Positions 1 through 10,164 of a stretch of DNA of 64,000 bases are shown here, one piece after another. Made by a program: the position numbers and the translations under genes. The stretch's first letter is position 1, and each line of letters opens with the position of its first letter. Source of the stretch: Nitrospirota bacterium. GTDB taxonomy: Bacteria > Nitrospirota > JACRHJ01. Below the pieces are notes generated by a model. It saw only the letters and a list, made by a program, of their open reading frames with translations. It had not been told where the DNA came from and ran no database searches. The DNA lies in NCBI GenBank assembly GCA_963733375.1, contig CAVTDB010000009.1, positions 32,001-96,000 of the forward strand. Reading direction: 5' to 3'.

Positions 1-62
1 ATTGCATCTCCTTGAAATTATTGTTGATAGGATATTATAGCAGGAACGAGCGGCGGATTAAA

Positions 63-906
63 TCATTTTTTGGCGAAATCGCCGCCGGAGACGATTTTCT
101 GGCGGACGGCCTCGTAGAGGATTACGGAGGCCGCGGAGGCCACGTTCAGGGAGTCTATCATCGTGGACATCGGGATGGTTACCTTCTGGTCAGTGAGCAT
201 TATGGCCTCGAGAGGAAGGCCGGCCCCTTCCTGTCCTAAAAGCAGGACGGTCGGTTTCGTGTAGTCCACGTCAAAATACCTTATCCTCGCGGAGACCGTT
301 CCCGCGACTACCTGATAGCCTTTTGATTTCATATTCTTGATAAAGTCTTCCAGGGAGGGTGCCCGAAAGGTCGGGAGCCGGAAAATGCTGCCCATAGTCG
401 CCCGGAGCGCCTTCGGGTTGTAGAAATCGACTGTCCCCGGCGTCGTGACGACCCCGCCCGCGCCCGCCGCGTCCGCCACCCTTACGATGGTGCCCAGGTT
501 CCCCGGGTCCTGGAGGAGATGGGCCACTACGACCATCGGGATAAGTCCCTTCCCAAGGTCTTCTTCCGAAAAAGTCTCCGGCTCAACTAACGCCATCACC
601 CCCTGGCTCGTCTTTGTCTCCGAGAGGTAATCCACTACCCGGTCCGCCACCCATAACACTTCGACCCCCTGCTCCACCGCGGACTCAACTAACATCGCCG
701 CCCTTTCGTTCTGCGCGGCATGGGGGGTGATTATGAGTTTCCGGACGCAGCATCTGACGCTCAAGTATTTCTTCGGTTATCCTGATGCCTTCGATCAGGA
801 ACCTGCCTTCCTTCAGGCGGTTCCTGGCAAGAGAGAGGGATTTCAGGTATTTTATGGTCTTGTTGCTGCGGCTTATGATTATCTCACGGGCCTGATCCAT
901 CATCAT
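63..906 (-). CDS. TrmH/SpoU family RNA 2'-O-methyltransferase (frameshift near 760)
   Basis: N-terminus ISRSNKTIKYLKSL...FLIEG in ORF 685-906; SPOUT motifs LQDPGNLGTIVRVADAAG, GQEGAGL and SLNVASAASVILYE in ORF 63-764. Confidence 0.9.
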
Positions 907-1353
907 CGGGCGGCCCTTCCGGGTACGCTGAAAGTGAAGGTCCCTTCGGCGGCAAGCTCACCGTCTATCTCCGCCCTGCCCTTAAACCTTGCCAGGCCCA
1001 TGGCGGCGGCCTCGAATTCGACGGAATATTTTATCTCGTCGCCTGTCACTGGCCGTTTATGGAATCTGGCGTCCGTTACGGCGGCCAGGAAACCGGATTC
1101 CGGCTTTGATCCGGCGATTATCAGATACGGCAGATGCGGCAGGCGCGGCGGCGACGGCGGCAAGTTGTGCCATGCCTTCGATAAGGAACACCTGCGGATA
1201 TAGCGGCGAGGCGGGATTAAAAGACGAGCCTGCGGTTACTTTTTTGATGGCTGAAGCGAATTTTCCGGGGATTAGCTCAACGACCCTGTCGAGCATCACG
1301 AAGGGGAACGAATGCGGGATGGATGTCCCTATGTCTGCCGCGTCTCTTCTCAT
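903..1353 (-). CDS. FabZ-like hotdog-fold hydroxyacyl-ACP dehydratase homolog (frameshifted)
   Basis: IPHSFPFVMLDRV, IEGMAQ and ARFHKRPVTGD motifs across ORFs 1057-1353 and 903-1163. Confidence 0.8.
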
Positions 1354-1466
1354 TTGTGCATTTTTGCCGGGGGTAAGGATGACTGCGGACTAAAACTAAG
1401 CCATGATAACTTCTAAAACTCAAATAATCAAGCCCTTTTATTTACATAGTTATCCCTAAATTTCAG

Positions 1467-2202
1467 TTATATAGTTATCCCTCCGTCCACGGCAATGGTC
1501 TGGCCGGTTATGTAAGCGGCGTCCTCCGAGGCCAGAAATAGCGCGGCATCCGCAATATTTTCCGGGTTGCCGAACTTTGAGAGAGGGATATGAGATAGAA
1601 GCTCCTGTCTGACTCTCTCCGGCAGGGTTTCGGTCATCTCCGTATTTATCACTCCAGGCGCTACGGCGTTTACGGTTATCCCGAAAGGGGCAAGCTCCCT
1701 CGCCAGCGACTTTAGTCATGGAGATTACCCCGCCCTTCGAAGCGGAATAGTTCGTCTGCCCGGCCCGGCCGGTAATCGCGGAGGGCGAGGCCATGTTTAT
1801 TATCCTGCCGTATTTCGCCCCTATCATCCCCCGGCAGGCGGCCTTGGAGCAGTTAAACGTGCCCTTCAGGTTCACCGCGATAACCCTGTCCCAGTCCTCC
1901 TCCCGCATCAGCATCAGGAAGCCGTCTTTTATCACGCCCGCGCAGTTCACGAGCAGAAGAGGCACTCCCAGCTCCGCCTTTATCCTGTCGAATGCCTGGG
2001 CGACCTGGGCCGAATCGGACACGTCCGCTTTTATGGTTATGGATTTTCCGATTGCCTGGGCTTTGGAGAGGAAATCTTCGGCGGATTTATCGTCGCCGTG
2101 ATAGACGGCGGCGACCGCGGCTCCTTCCCGAAGGAAAGCGAGAGATATGGCGCGCCCGATGCCTTTCGTGCCGCCGGTCACTATGGCGGCCCTGCCGGTC
2201 AA
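1467..2202 (-). CDS. fabG: 3-oxoacyl-ACP reductase (frameshift near 1712)
   Basis: TGGTKGIG, NCAG, GQTNYSASK; C-terminus YITGQTIAVDGG in ORF 1467-1652. Confidence 0.9.
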
Positions 2203-2211
2203 GAAGGCCCA

Positions 2212-3129
2212 TTACACCCTCGCCAGCAGGATGTCCTCGGCAGGCGTCGCCTTGACGGTCCTGTTAACCCACTTCACCATCCTGGTCAGCGCGCTGCCGG
2301 GGCCCACTTCGATGAAGTTATCAGACCCTTCGCTTATCAGCTTTTGTACCGAGTCCTTCCAGGGGACCTTCGAGTGCAGGTGCCTTCCGAGGACGTCGGC
2401 GATTTTTGCGGGGCTGTCGATGAACTGCGCGTCGATGTATGACAGAAGCGGGATGCGCGGGGGCAGGAAATTAATTTCTCCGACGTCCGCCCGGAAAGCC
2501 TTCGAGGCGTCTTCCATCAGGGGGGAATGATACGGCGCGCCCATCGGGATGACGTACGCATGAAGCGCCCCCTTTAAAAGCGATATCCGGACGGCCTCAT
2601 TTACCGCACCCGCAAGCCCTGAAACCAGTATCTGTCTCGCCGCGTTGACATTGGATATCCAGACGCCACCGAACTCCTCGGCGGCTTCTTTGCAGATACT
2701 CTCCATCTCCGCCTCGGACAGGCCGATTACGGCGGCCATCGTGCCGGGATTTTTTTTGCTTTGTCTCAGGGCGTGCGTGCCTGCGGCCATTACAAGCCTT
2801 AAGCCGTCCTCGAAAGAGACGGCGCCGCAGGCAACGAGCGCGGAATAAAAACCCAGACTGTATCCGGTGACCGCTTCCGGCGCGAAGCCCTCATTGGTGA
2901 CCCACAGCCTCCATGCCTCGTTGCAGACGTACACACAGAGCTGGGCGGGGAGGTCGTTATTCAGTTCCTCCAGAGGCCCTTCAAACGACAGTTTTTTTAA
3001 ATCTAGCCCGGACAGCGCGGACGCGCTATCGTAAGGCCCGCGCACCTGCGGAAAACTATTATATAATTCCCGGCCCATGCCTGGAAACTGCGAGCCCTGC
3101 CCCGGGAAGATGAATACGGTCTTGCCCAA
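2212..3129 (-). CDS. fabD: FabD-like ACP acyltransferase with atypical active site
   Basis: FPGQGSQ, GYSLG nucleophile motif, PYHS, FIEVGPG. Confidence 0.85.
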   Translation of the reverse strand: MGKTVFIFPGQGSQFPGMGRELYNSFPQVRGPYDSASALSGLDLKKLSFEGPLEELNNDLPAQLCVYVCNEAWRLWVTNEGFAPEAVTGYSLGFYSALVACGAVSFEDGLRLVMAAGTHALRQSKKNPGTMAAVIGLSEAEMESICKEAAEEFGGVWISNVNAARQILVSGLAGAVNEAVRISLLKGALHAYVIPMGAPYHSPLMEDASKAFRADVGEINFLPPRIPLLSYIDAQFIDSPAKIADVLGRHLHSKVPWKDSVQKLISEGSDNFIEVGPGSALTRMVKWVNRTVKATPAEDILLARV

Positions 3130-3139
3130 AATCTCTCCC

Positions 3140-4516
3140 TTAAGCTCTCAGATATTCCCATAAAGGCCCGGTGAAGCCGTAAGACCTGAGCCTCGTCCGT
3201 ATCTTGTCCGTCATCCTTAAGTGTATGCCCGGCATGATGAAGTTGGTGTGCTCGCGCCCGAACCTTGCAAGGGACTGGGACACGGCGTCCATGTCGAGCA
3301 TCGGCGAGAAATAAAACACGGGCTTAAGCCCCGGCCCGCCCTCTTTGATGACCCCTTCCTCCTTCGCGCGCCGCTCAAGACCCGTACCCGGAAAGACCCT
3401 GATGCCCAGCATCGCGATCACCGCGTTCGGCCTTAAAGACCTCCATCAGCGAAAGGCTCTGCTCCACCGTCCGGGCCGTCTCCCCGGCGCGCCGAGCAGC
3501 AGGCTGTGGCAGAAAGAAAGCCCGGCGTCCGCGCAGAGTTTTGAAGCTTTGACGATGTCCTGCACCCTGAACCCTTTGCCTAAGTTTGCAAGTATTTCAT
3601 CCACGCCGGAATCGGTCCCGAACTCCACTCCCTTGCAGCCCGCCTTCAGCATTAAATCCACCAGCTCTTCGTCCATGTGCGCGGGGTTCAGATAACAGCT
3701 CCAGGCCGGATTAATATCGCGGGAGATTAATTCCCTGCAGAATTCCTTTGCGTGGTCTATCGGGAAATTAAATACGTTGTCTACTATGAAAATGTGCTTC
3801 AGGCCGTATATTTTAAAAGCCCGCTCAAACTCGTCCGCCGAAAGCGAGGCGGACCGAAGGCGCACCTTGTGCCCCTCGACGATTGGATAAGTGCAGTAAG
3901 CGCAGCCGAAGGCGCAGCCGCGTTTCGTCTGGAGGTTGCCGGCCCCTCCTTCTTCCATGTACAGGGCGTTGTCGATTAAGTCCCTGTCCGGCCCGGGCGA
4001 GGCGTTTAAATCCGAAATCTTCCTGGGCGGGTTTATTCTTATTTCGCCGTTGTAACGGAAGACCAGGCCGGGGAGGTCGTTTATCGGAAGTCCTTCTCCT
4101 ATCCGCCGCAACAGCTCAGGGAAGGCTTCCTCGCCCTCCCCGATAAGTCCCAGGTTCAGCCCCAGCGCGTCCAGTATCTCGCGGGGCATCAGCGTAAACG
4201 CCGAGCCGCCCGCCACGACGAGCTTTGCGCCGATAGCTTTAAGAGTCTTTACGACTTGCAGGATGTCCGGGAGATAAGACTGGCTGTGCGGGAACGCGAC
4301 GTTGTCTATGTTCCTGATGGAGAGCCCTATGACATGCGGCTTGAACGCGCGCACGGTGTCTTTTATGGCCACCGGCACGTCCACCGCGAACTGGAGGTCA
4401 AGGAGCCTGACCTCGTGGCCCGCCTCCCGTACCGCCGCGGCCACGTATGCGGCCCCCAGCGGCGCGACAGGGTCCGGGAGGTTCTCCCGGTTACTCGAAA
4501 TGATCAGTACCTTCAC
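3140..4516 (-). CDS. B12-binding radical SAM protein, lipid-biosynthesis-associated type (frameshifts near 3430-3480)
   Basis: N-terminal cobalamin domain PLGAAYVAAAVREAGHEV...GLSIRNIDN, RGCAFGCAYC (CX3CX2C), C-terminus in ORF 3140-3421; lies directly upstream of fabD and fabG. Confidence 0.85.
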
Positions 4517-4738
4517 GCGGCCTCCTCGAGTCCCTCGTAAAGCTCGCTTAAGGATTGAACATTTTTACCCGAAAGCCCCCGGTTTTACTGGATAATTCCG
4601 GGGATTGCGCCGGGATAAGGAAAAAAACATATAAGTCCAGGACTTTTATATCATAAAAGGATTATCCAAGGCAAGATAATAAAAAAAACAAGGAGTTTCC
4701 CGAAGCCGGAAGGCCCGTCCAGGAGGCGTCCGCCGTGG

Positions 4739-5503
4739 CTATTTGAAGTTCCGCCTCTGGAATACCAGCACGGAAACCGCCAGGATAGCCATGACGTACA
4801 TGAGGCCGTAGGTTATGGCCGACAGGACGAACCCGGCCGTGACGGGAATATTGTGCACCGTCTCGGACTTCACGTTGAAGTCCTGGAGGTTCGGCAGGAA
4901 ATAATAAAAGAAGTTCAGCAAAGCCGACGCCCCGGCCGAGCCCGCCTTTGCCGCAAGCCCGCGAAGGTCGCCTGTCATGTTTCCTATCACGTAAATGGCC
5001 AGCGCATAACTCGCGGAGAGCGTGGGGGTCGAGAACGTGGAGAATAAAATCGCGGAGGCCGTCACGACCAGAAGCTCGACGTATATCAGGAGCACCGCAA
5101 TCAGCGTCTGCCAGGGGAGGGTATTGGTGTATGCCAAAAGTACCAGCATATAACAGACGGTCATTACCGCGACATAAGACAATAGCGTGAGGGCGAGCCC
5201 GAGGTACTTGCCCAGGAGGAACTGCCACCTCTTGATGGGCTTGGAGATGATGGTATAGATCGTCTTTTTCTCAAGCTCTTTATTCACAAGGCCGATGCCC
5301 ACGAAGATGGCGATTATGACCCCGAATATCTCTATGCCCGAAAGGGACAGGTCCTCGATTATCTTGGACTGCTCCCCCACCGTAAGCGTGGAGAGGAGCA
5401 CGGACGCGCCCAGAAGGAGAATGGCGAAGAAGACAAGGGAATAAAATATCTTGTCCCTGATGACCTCTTTAAAGGTGTTTATGGCGATGGCGTAAACTTT
5501 CAT
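4739..5503 (-). CDS. ABC transporter permease, PilI-like
   Basis: Multi-TM protein with IAINTFKEVIRDK and KTIYTIISKPIKRWQFLLGKYLG; downstream of pilin. Confidence 0.85.
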   Translation of the reverse strand: MKVYAIAINTFKEVIRDKIFYSLVFFAILLLGASVLLSTLTVGEQSKIIEDLSLSGIEIFGVIIAIFVGIGLVNKELEKKTIYTIISKPIKRWQFLLGKYLGLALTLLSYVAVMTVCYMLVLLAYTNTLPWQTLIAVLLIYVELLVVTASAILFSTFSTPTLSASYALAIYVIGNMTGDLRGLAAKAGSAGASALLNFFYYFLPNLQDFNVKSETVHNIPVTAGFVLSAITYGLMYVMAILAVSVLVFQRRNFK

Positions 5504-6430
5504 TTGCCTCTCCCCTTCCCGACCTCTTCCATGAACAAGTCCTCAAGCGAGCCTTTGTGCGGTATGAGCGATATTATCTCGCCGCCGGAATCGAACACCA
5601 GTCTCTTGGCTTTGCTTGCGGCCTCCGGATCGTTAAAAATGGCTGTGGCCAAGCGATCGTGCACCACCATCGCCGATTGCCATGCCTTCCACCTTGGAGA
5701 GGTTCGCGCCGCTTACGCCTTCAAAGGTCATCTCGACCGATTTCACGCGCATGCCGGACAGAAGCTCGCCTACCGTCCCCATGGCCCTGAGCTCGCCCTT
5801 GACCAGTATCCCCACCCGGTCGCATATCACCTCGACATCGGGAAGGATGTGCGTGCTGAAGAAAATAGTTTTACCCTTTTCCTTAAGCCCCAGGATGATG
5901 TCCCTGACCTGCTTTCTGCCAATAGGGTCCAGCCCGCTCATCGGCTCGTCGAGCACGACAAGCTCCGGGTCGTTGATAAGCGCCTGCGCTATGCCTATCC
6001 TCTGCTGCATCCCTTTGGAAAACTTCCGAAGCTGAAGGTCCCTGGCGCCGGAAAGTCCGACCATGTCAAGCAGTTCGTCGGCCCTGGCCATCCTTTCCTT
6101 TTTCCGGATGCCGAATAGCCTCCCGTAGAAGTCCATGAACTCCGCCGCCGTCAGGTAATCGTAGAAGTACGGCTGCTCGGGCAAAAATCCTATATTCCTC
6201 TTCACCGCCACGTCGCCAAGGGGGCGGCCCATCAGCCACGCGGCTCCGCCGGTGGGATAAACGAGGCCCATCAGTATCTTGATAGTCGTCGTTTTCCCGG
6301 CGCCGTTCGGGCCCAAAAAACCGAACACCTCGCCCTTTTTTACCTCCATCGTCAGGCCCTTCAGCGCCAGTACGCGCTTTCGCATGAACCCGACCCTGAA
6401 CTCCATCTGTAAGCCTTCCGTCCGGATCAT
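5500..6430 (-). CDS. ABC transporter ATP-binding protein, PilH-like (frameshift near 5650)
   Basis: Walker A GPNGAGKTT, signature FSKGMQQR, Walker B LDEP; C-terminus SLEDLFMEEV overlaps the permease start (ATGA). Confidence 0.9.
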
Positions 6431-7309
6431 CTCTTCTTCCTTTTGGGGTATATCCTGAGCCTCCGGGGCATCATCGTGTTAGACGCCTCTCCGGTTTCGG
6501 GGTTTATGATATACCTGCCGCCAAGTTCGTCTTTCGGTTCGCCTCTTATCAGCCCCGCGGCCTTCAGCTCATCAACGGAAGCCGGGTACCTGCCGTATTT
6601 ATCTTTGAAATCCTTCGATGCGTTTTCGAGCGTGTCGAGGTTGATCTCGACCTGGAGCTCCTTCATCCTCTGCCGGAGCGCATCCTTCACCTTCTCGTCC
6701 GTCGTGTTTTTATAAATTGTGTAGGTCAAGTCAAGGCCGAAGCGCGGGTCGCCGGACTGCGCGTAAAGGCGAGAGGCAAGCAGGGGGACGAAGGCAGGCC
6801 TGCCTGGAAGCTCGGCGGCCCTTCCCATGAAATAAGCTGCCAGCTTATAGTCCCGCAAATACAGGAAATAGTTTGCGCTCAGATAAAAAGGCAGCCGCCA
6901 GTACCCGGGGTTGTTATCGAATCCTTTTTTTAAAAGCTTTACGCTTAAATCATAATTGCCGCTGACTGCGCTTAAGAATATGCCCCCGGCTTCGTACATG
7001 TACGAGAACTTCGGGTCTAAGTCCGTCGCCGCGTCCAGGGCGTGGTATATCCACTCGGCCTGTTGCGGCGGGACTTTCTTCTCCCCCATCACCTGAATCG
7101 CCCGAAGCCAGATGAGGTCCGCCACCAGGGAGTTATGCCCAAGGGATATTTTTTTAAGGTACTCGCCCTTCGGGTATCCGGGCAAGTCCCTGGATTACCG
7201 TGCGGCTGGCCGTTTGCCTTTCTATTTGTTTTTGAAAATTGTATATGAGGGCGCCGTCCAGTATCAAAAACAATATGAGGAATATGCTCGCTGATCTCAT
7301 CCGGCTCAT
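6427..7309 (-). CDS. Pilin-associated membrane-anchored TPR-like protein (PilG-like position; frameshift near 7190)
   Basis: N-terminal TM in ORF 7154-7339; ADLIWLRAIQ and ATDLDPKF helical repeats in ORF 6427-7185; between pilin and ABC genes. Confidence 0.65.
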
Positions 7310-7426
7310 CCTCAGGGTTCTCCGATGCAGGTATAACACAGTGCTTCCTGAAAAAATTTTGAAAAATATTTATACCATTTTTAAAGGGGTTTTTACAGAA
7401 AAAATGAAATAAAACCGATGGATGGG

Positions 7427-7460
7427 AAAAAAATCGGGGGTGATTGCTCACCCCCAGATT
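7427..7460 (-). terminator. Intrinsic terminator after the major pilin
   Basis: Stem GGGGGTGA/TCACCCCC with GCAA loop on the minus strand, followed by T7. Confidence 0.8.
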
Positions 7461-7493
7461 TTAAAACTGAATTTCTGGCCGTAAGGCTAAATG

Positions 7494-7978
7494 CTAATAA
7501 CCTGGTTTGGTGTTATCAAGAACCCTGAGATTGGTATAGGTCCACTCGTCGTGCACGGCGTTCTTGCCGATAGTCGCCGGTTGCGGTCGCCGCGTAGAAA
7601 GTCGCGTTAGCAAAAGACGTACTGACTTCCGCGGTCTGTGCCGCCTTTGCCCTGAGTATGAGCGTAATACAGCGGCCCATCATAGTAATAGTCATAACGG
7701 GCAGTACCCGTGACACTCACCAGCCCAAGGGGTTAGTGCTGGGTAGCAGTGGTGTCCCGCGGTCGCCGGCGGGTGTTATAGGTGTCCTTCTCCGCATGAT
7801 AGGCCTCGGCGCTGGTGCCGAGGGAGCCGAGGTTCATCTTCGCCTCGGACTGCTTGGATTTGGCCTGGTACTTCAGGAAGTTCGGGATGGCGATGGCGGC
7901 CAGGATGCCGATGATGGCCACGACTATCATAAGTTCGATGAGTGTGAAACCTTTTTTCGCGTGCAGGAACTTAAACAT
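7494..7978 (-). CDS. pilA: Type IVa major pilin (several indels in the C-terminal domain)
   Basis: KKG|[24 protein letters not shown] prepilin motif; pilin-like segments continue in other frames ([27 protein letters not shown]). Confidence 0.9.
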
Positions 7979-8106
7979 TTTTTTTCCCTTTCTCTGGTTT
8001 TCTTACCGCTGTTTTTCCGCTGTTCTTATTTGTCGCTCTTGCCCTTCCCCTTTTATCCCCCCTTTCCCGGGCGGTCTGATGTTTTTTTCTCTATGCTCGT
8101 TAATAT

Positions 8107-8122
8107 AGCAATCTGCGTGCCA
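8107..8122 (-). promoter_or_regulatory. sigma54 -24/-12 promoter of pilA
   Basis: TGGCACGCAGATTGCT matches TGGCAC-N5-TTGCW exactly; the bEBP gene pilR is upstream. Confidence 0.9.
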
Positions 8123-8195
8123 GAAATTTGAATTATCAACCTCCTAAAAAATAAGATAATTTCATAACAGTGATAAAAGGATTTAACACCATAAG

Positions 8196-8230
8196 TGATG
8201 TAAATCATCACGGATTGATGATTTACATCA
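8196..8230. promoter_or_regulatory. Perfect 15-bp inverted repeat, candidate PilR enhancer
   Basis: TGATGTAAATCATCA-cggat-TGATGATTTACATCA, 75-110 bp upstream of the sigma54 promoter. Confidence 0.6.
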
Positions 8231-8730
8231 GTGCAGGACATCGTCGTAGTCGTTGATTCAATTCGCCATTTTGGTTTATGGACCAGACATCGTAAGCGGG
8301 GTCTTTATCCATGTTGCCGGCCGCGATGCAGGTGAATGCAGATGCGGAAGCGCCTGGGGGCGTGTTAAAATTCATAATCGTACCTGTCGGGGGGGCCGTG
8401 CTCCCGGGGTGCCGTGTTGGCCTATCCAGGAAGTCGCGTCCCGAATGCCGTCGGGTGCGGTAATCGTATAGTCGTAATATTTCGCGCCTCCCGCCAGCCC
8501 GAAGCCAATGTCGGTGAAGCTGTCTGAATATGTATCGTATTCCGCAAAGTACGCCTGCTCGTTAGTGAAAACTCCCCCCAGAGTTCGCCTTCGCCTCGGC
8601 CTGCTTTGTCTTGGCCAGGTAGCTCATCAAGTTAGGGATGGCTATCGCCGACAAAATACCGATGATTGTCAATGACGAGCATCAGCTCTATCAGCGTAAA
8701 ACCGCCCCGATCTTTTAATTTGCTGTTCAT
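8228..8730 (-). CDS. Second type IVa pilin (frameshifted; missing from the ORF track)
   Basis: Manual translation: MNSKLKDRGG|FTLIELMLV..IIGILSAIAIPNLMSYLAKTKQAEAKAN.GGVFTNEQAYFAEYDTY...FTCIAAGNMDKDPAYDVWSINQ. Confidence 0.85.
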
Positions 8731-8781
8731 TAAGTTTTCCGCGGTTAGGTTTGGACCATATTACACTATTTCTAAAGTAAA

Positions 8782-8797
8782 AGCAATAATCATGCCT
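8782..8797 (-). promoter_or_regulatory. Candidate sigma54 promoter of the second pilin
   Basis: AGGCATGATTATTGCT (GG-N10-GC) overlapping the pilR stop codon. Confidence 0.65.
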
Positions 8798-10164
8798 ATT
8801 CCAGCCCATGCTTTTTCAGCCGGTGCCGGAGCGAGGGGAACGTGAGCCCCAGGAGCCTGGAGGCCTCCGTCTTGGAGCCGCCCGTCTTGTTCAGGGCCTT
8901 AACCAGGTAATTCTTCTCCATCTCGTCCAGCAGGCTCTCCAGCTCTATCCCGCTGTCCGGTATCTCGTCCGGAAACTGCCCCCCGCGCCTCCTGCGCTCG
9001 CCCCTCAGTTCGGCGGGGATGTGGTCGATGGTAATGAATACGCCTTCGCTCAAGGTGCACGCGCGCTCCATCACGTTCTCCAGTTCCCGCACGTTCCCTC
9101 TCCAGTTATATTCCGTAAGAAGCGCCATAGCCTCGGGCGCAATCCTCATGGAATCAGCGTCCTTGCAGAATTTCCTTAAGAAATGCTCCGCCAGCGCCGG
9201 GATGTCTTCTTTACGGTCCCTGAAGCGGGGGCATGTGGAGCGGGATGACGTTCAGCCTGTAGAACAGGTCTTCGCGGAAATTTCCCTTGGCTATCTCGTC
9301 TTTTAAGTCCCGGTTCGTGGCGGCGATTATCCGGACGTCAACTTTTATGTCGGCGGTCCCGCCTACCCGCTTGAACTCCCTCTCCTGGAGCACGTGCAGG
9401 AGTTTCACCTGAAATGTCAGGGTGGTCTCCGCTACCTCGTCCAAGAAGACCGTCCCGCCCTGGGCCACCTCGAAAAGGCCCGCCTTGTTCTCCACCGCGC
9501 CCGTAAAAGAGCCCCTGACGTGCCCGAACAGCTCCGACTCTAAAAGATGCTCCGGCAGCGCGCCGCAATGGATGTACATGAACGGCTTGTCGCGCCTCCC
9601 GCTCAGGTTGTGCACGGCCCTCGCCGCAAGCTCTTTTCCGGTGCCGGACTCGCCGGTGATAATCACGGTGCTGGCCTTGTCCGCCACCTTGGAAATAAGC
9701 TCGAACACCCTCTCCATCGCCGGCGAATGGCCGATGAAATTCTGGAAACCTTTCTCCGCCTCCAGTTCGCGCCGGAGCAGGACGTTCTCTTCGCGGAGCT
9801 GGCGCTTCTCGAGGGCGTTCTTCACGACCAGCTTTATCTCTTCCACCTTAAAGGGCTTCATTATATAGTCGTACGCGCCGGCCCTCATCGCCTCAACCGC
9901 GCTCTCGGCCGTCGCGTATGCCGTTATCATAACCACCACCGTCTCCGGCGAGTGTTCTTTCACGACCTTGAGGAGGTCCGCCCCGCCCATCTTGGGCATC
10001 CGGACGTCCGTTATCACAAGGTCGAATATATCCTCTTTCAGGAGCTTCGCCGCCTTCTGGCCGTTCTCCGCCGTGACCGGGACATGGCCCTCCTTCTTCA
10101 GCATGATGGAGAGGAAGTCCCGCATTGATTTCTCATCGTCTACGACAAGTATCCTGCCCATCAA
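8796..10164 (-). CDS. pilR: sigma54-dependent response regulator PilR (frameshift near 9215)
   Basis: Receiver domain, [36 protein letters not shown]-terminal Fis-type HTH; synteny with pil genes. Confidence 0.9.

Noticed and set aside
7733-7978. Short Geobacter-type PilA-N 'e-pilin' of 81 aa
   Set aside because: Aromatics occur at mature positions 1, 24, 27, 50 and 57, but pilin-like sequence continues in other frames to 7494, so the short length is probably an indel artefact. Conductivity cannot be inferred from this.
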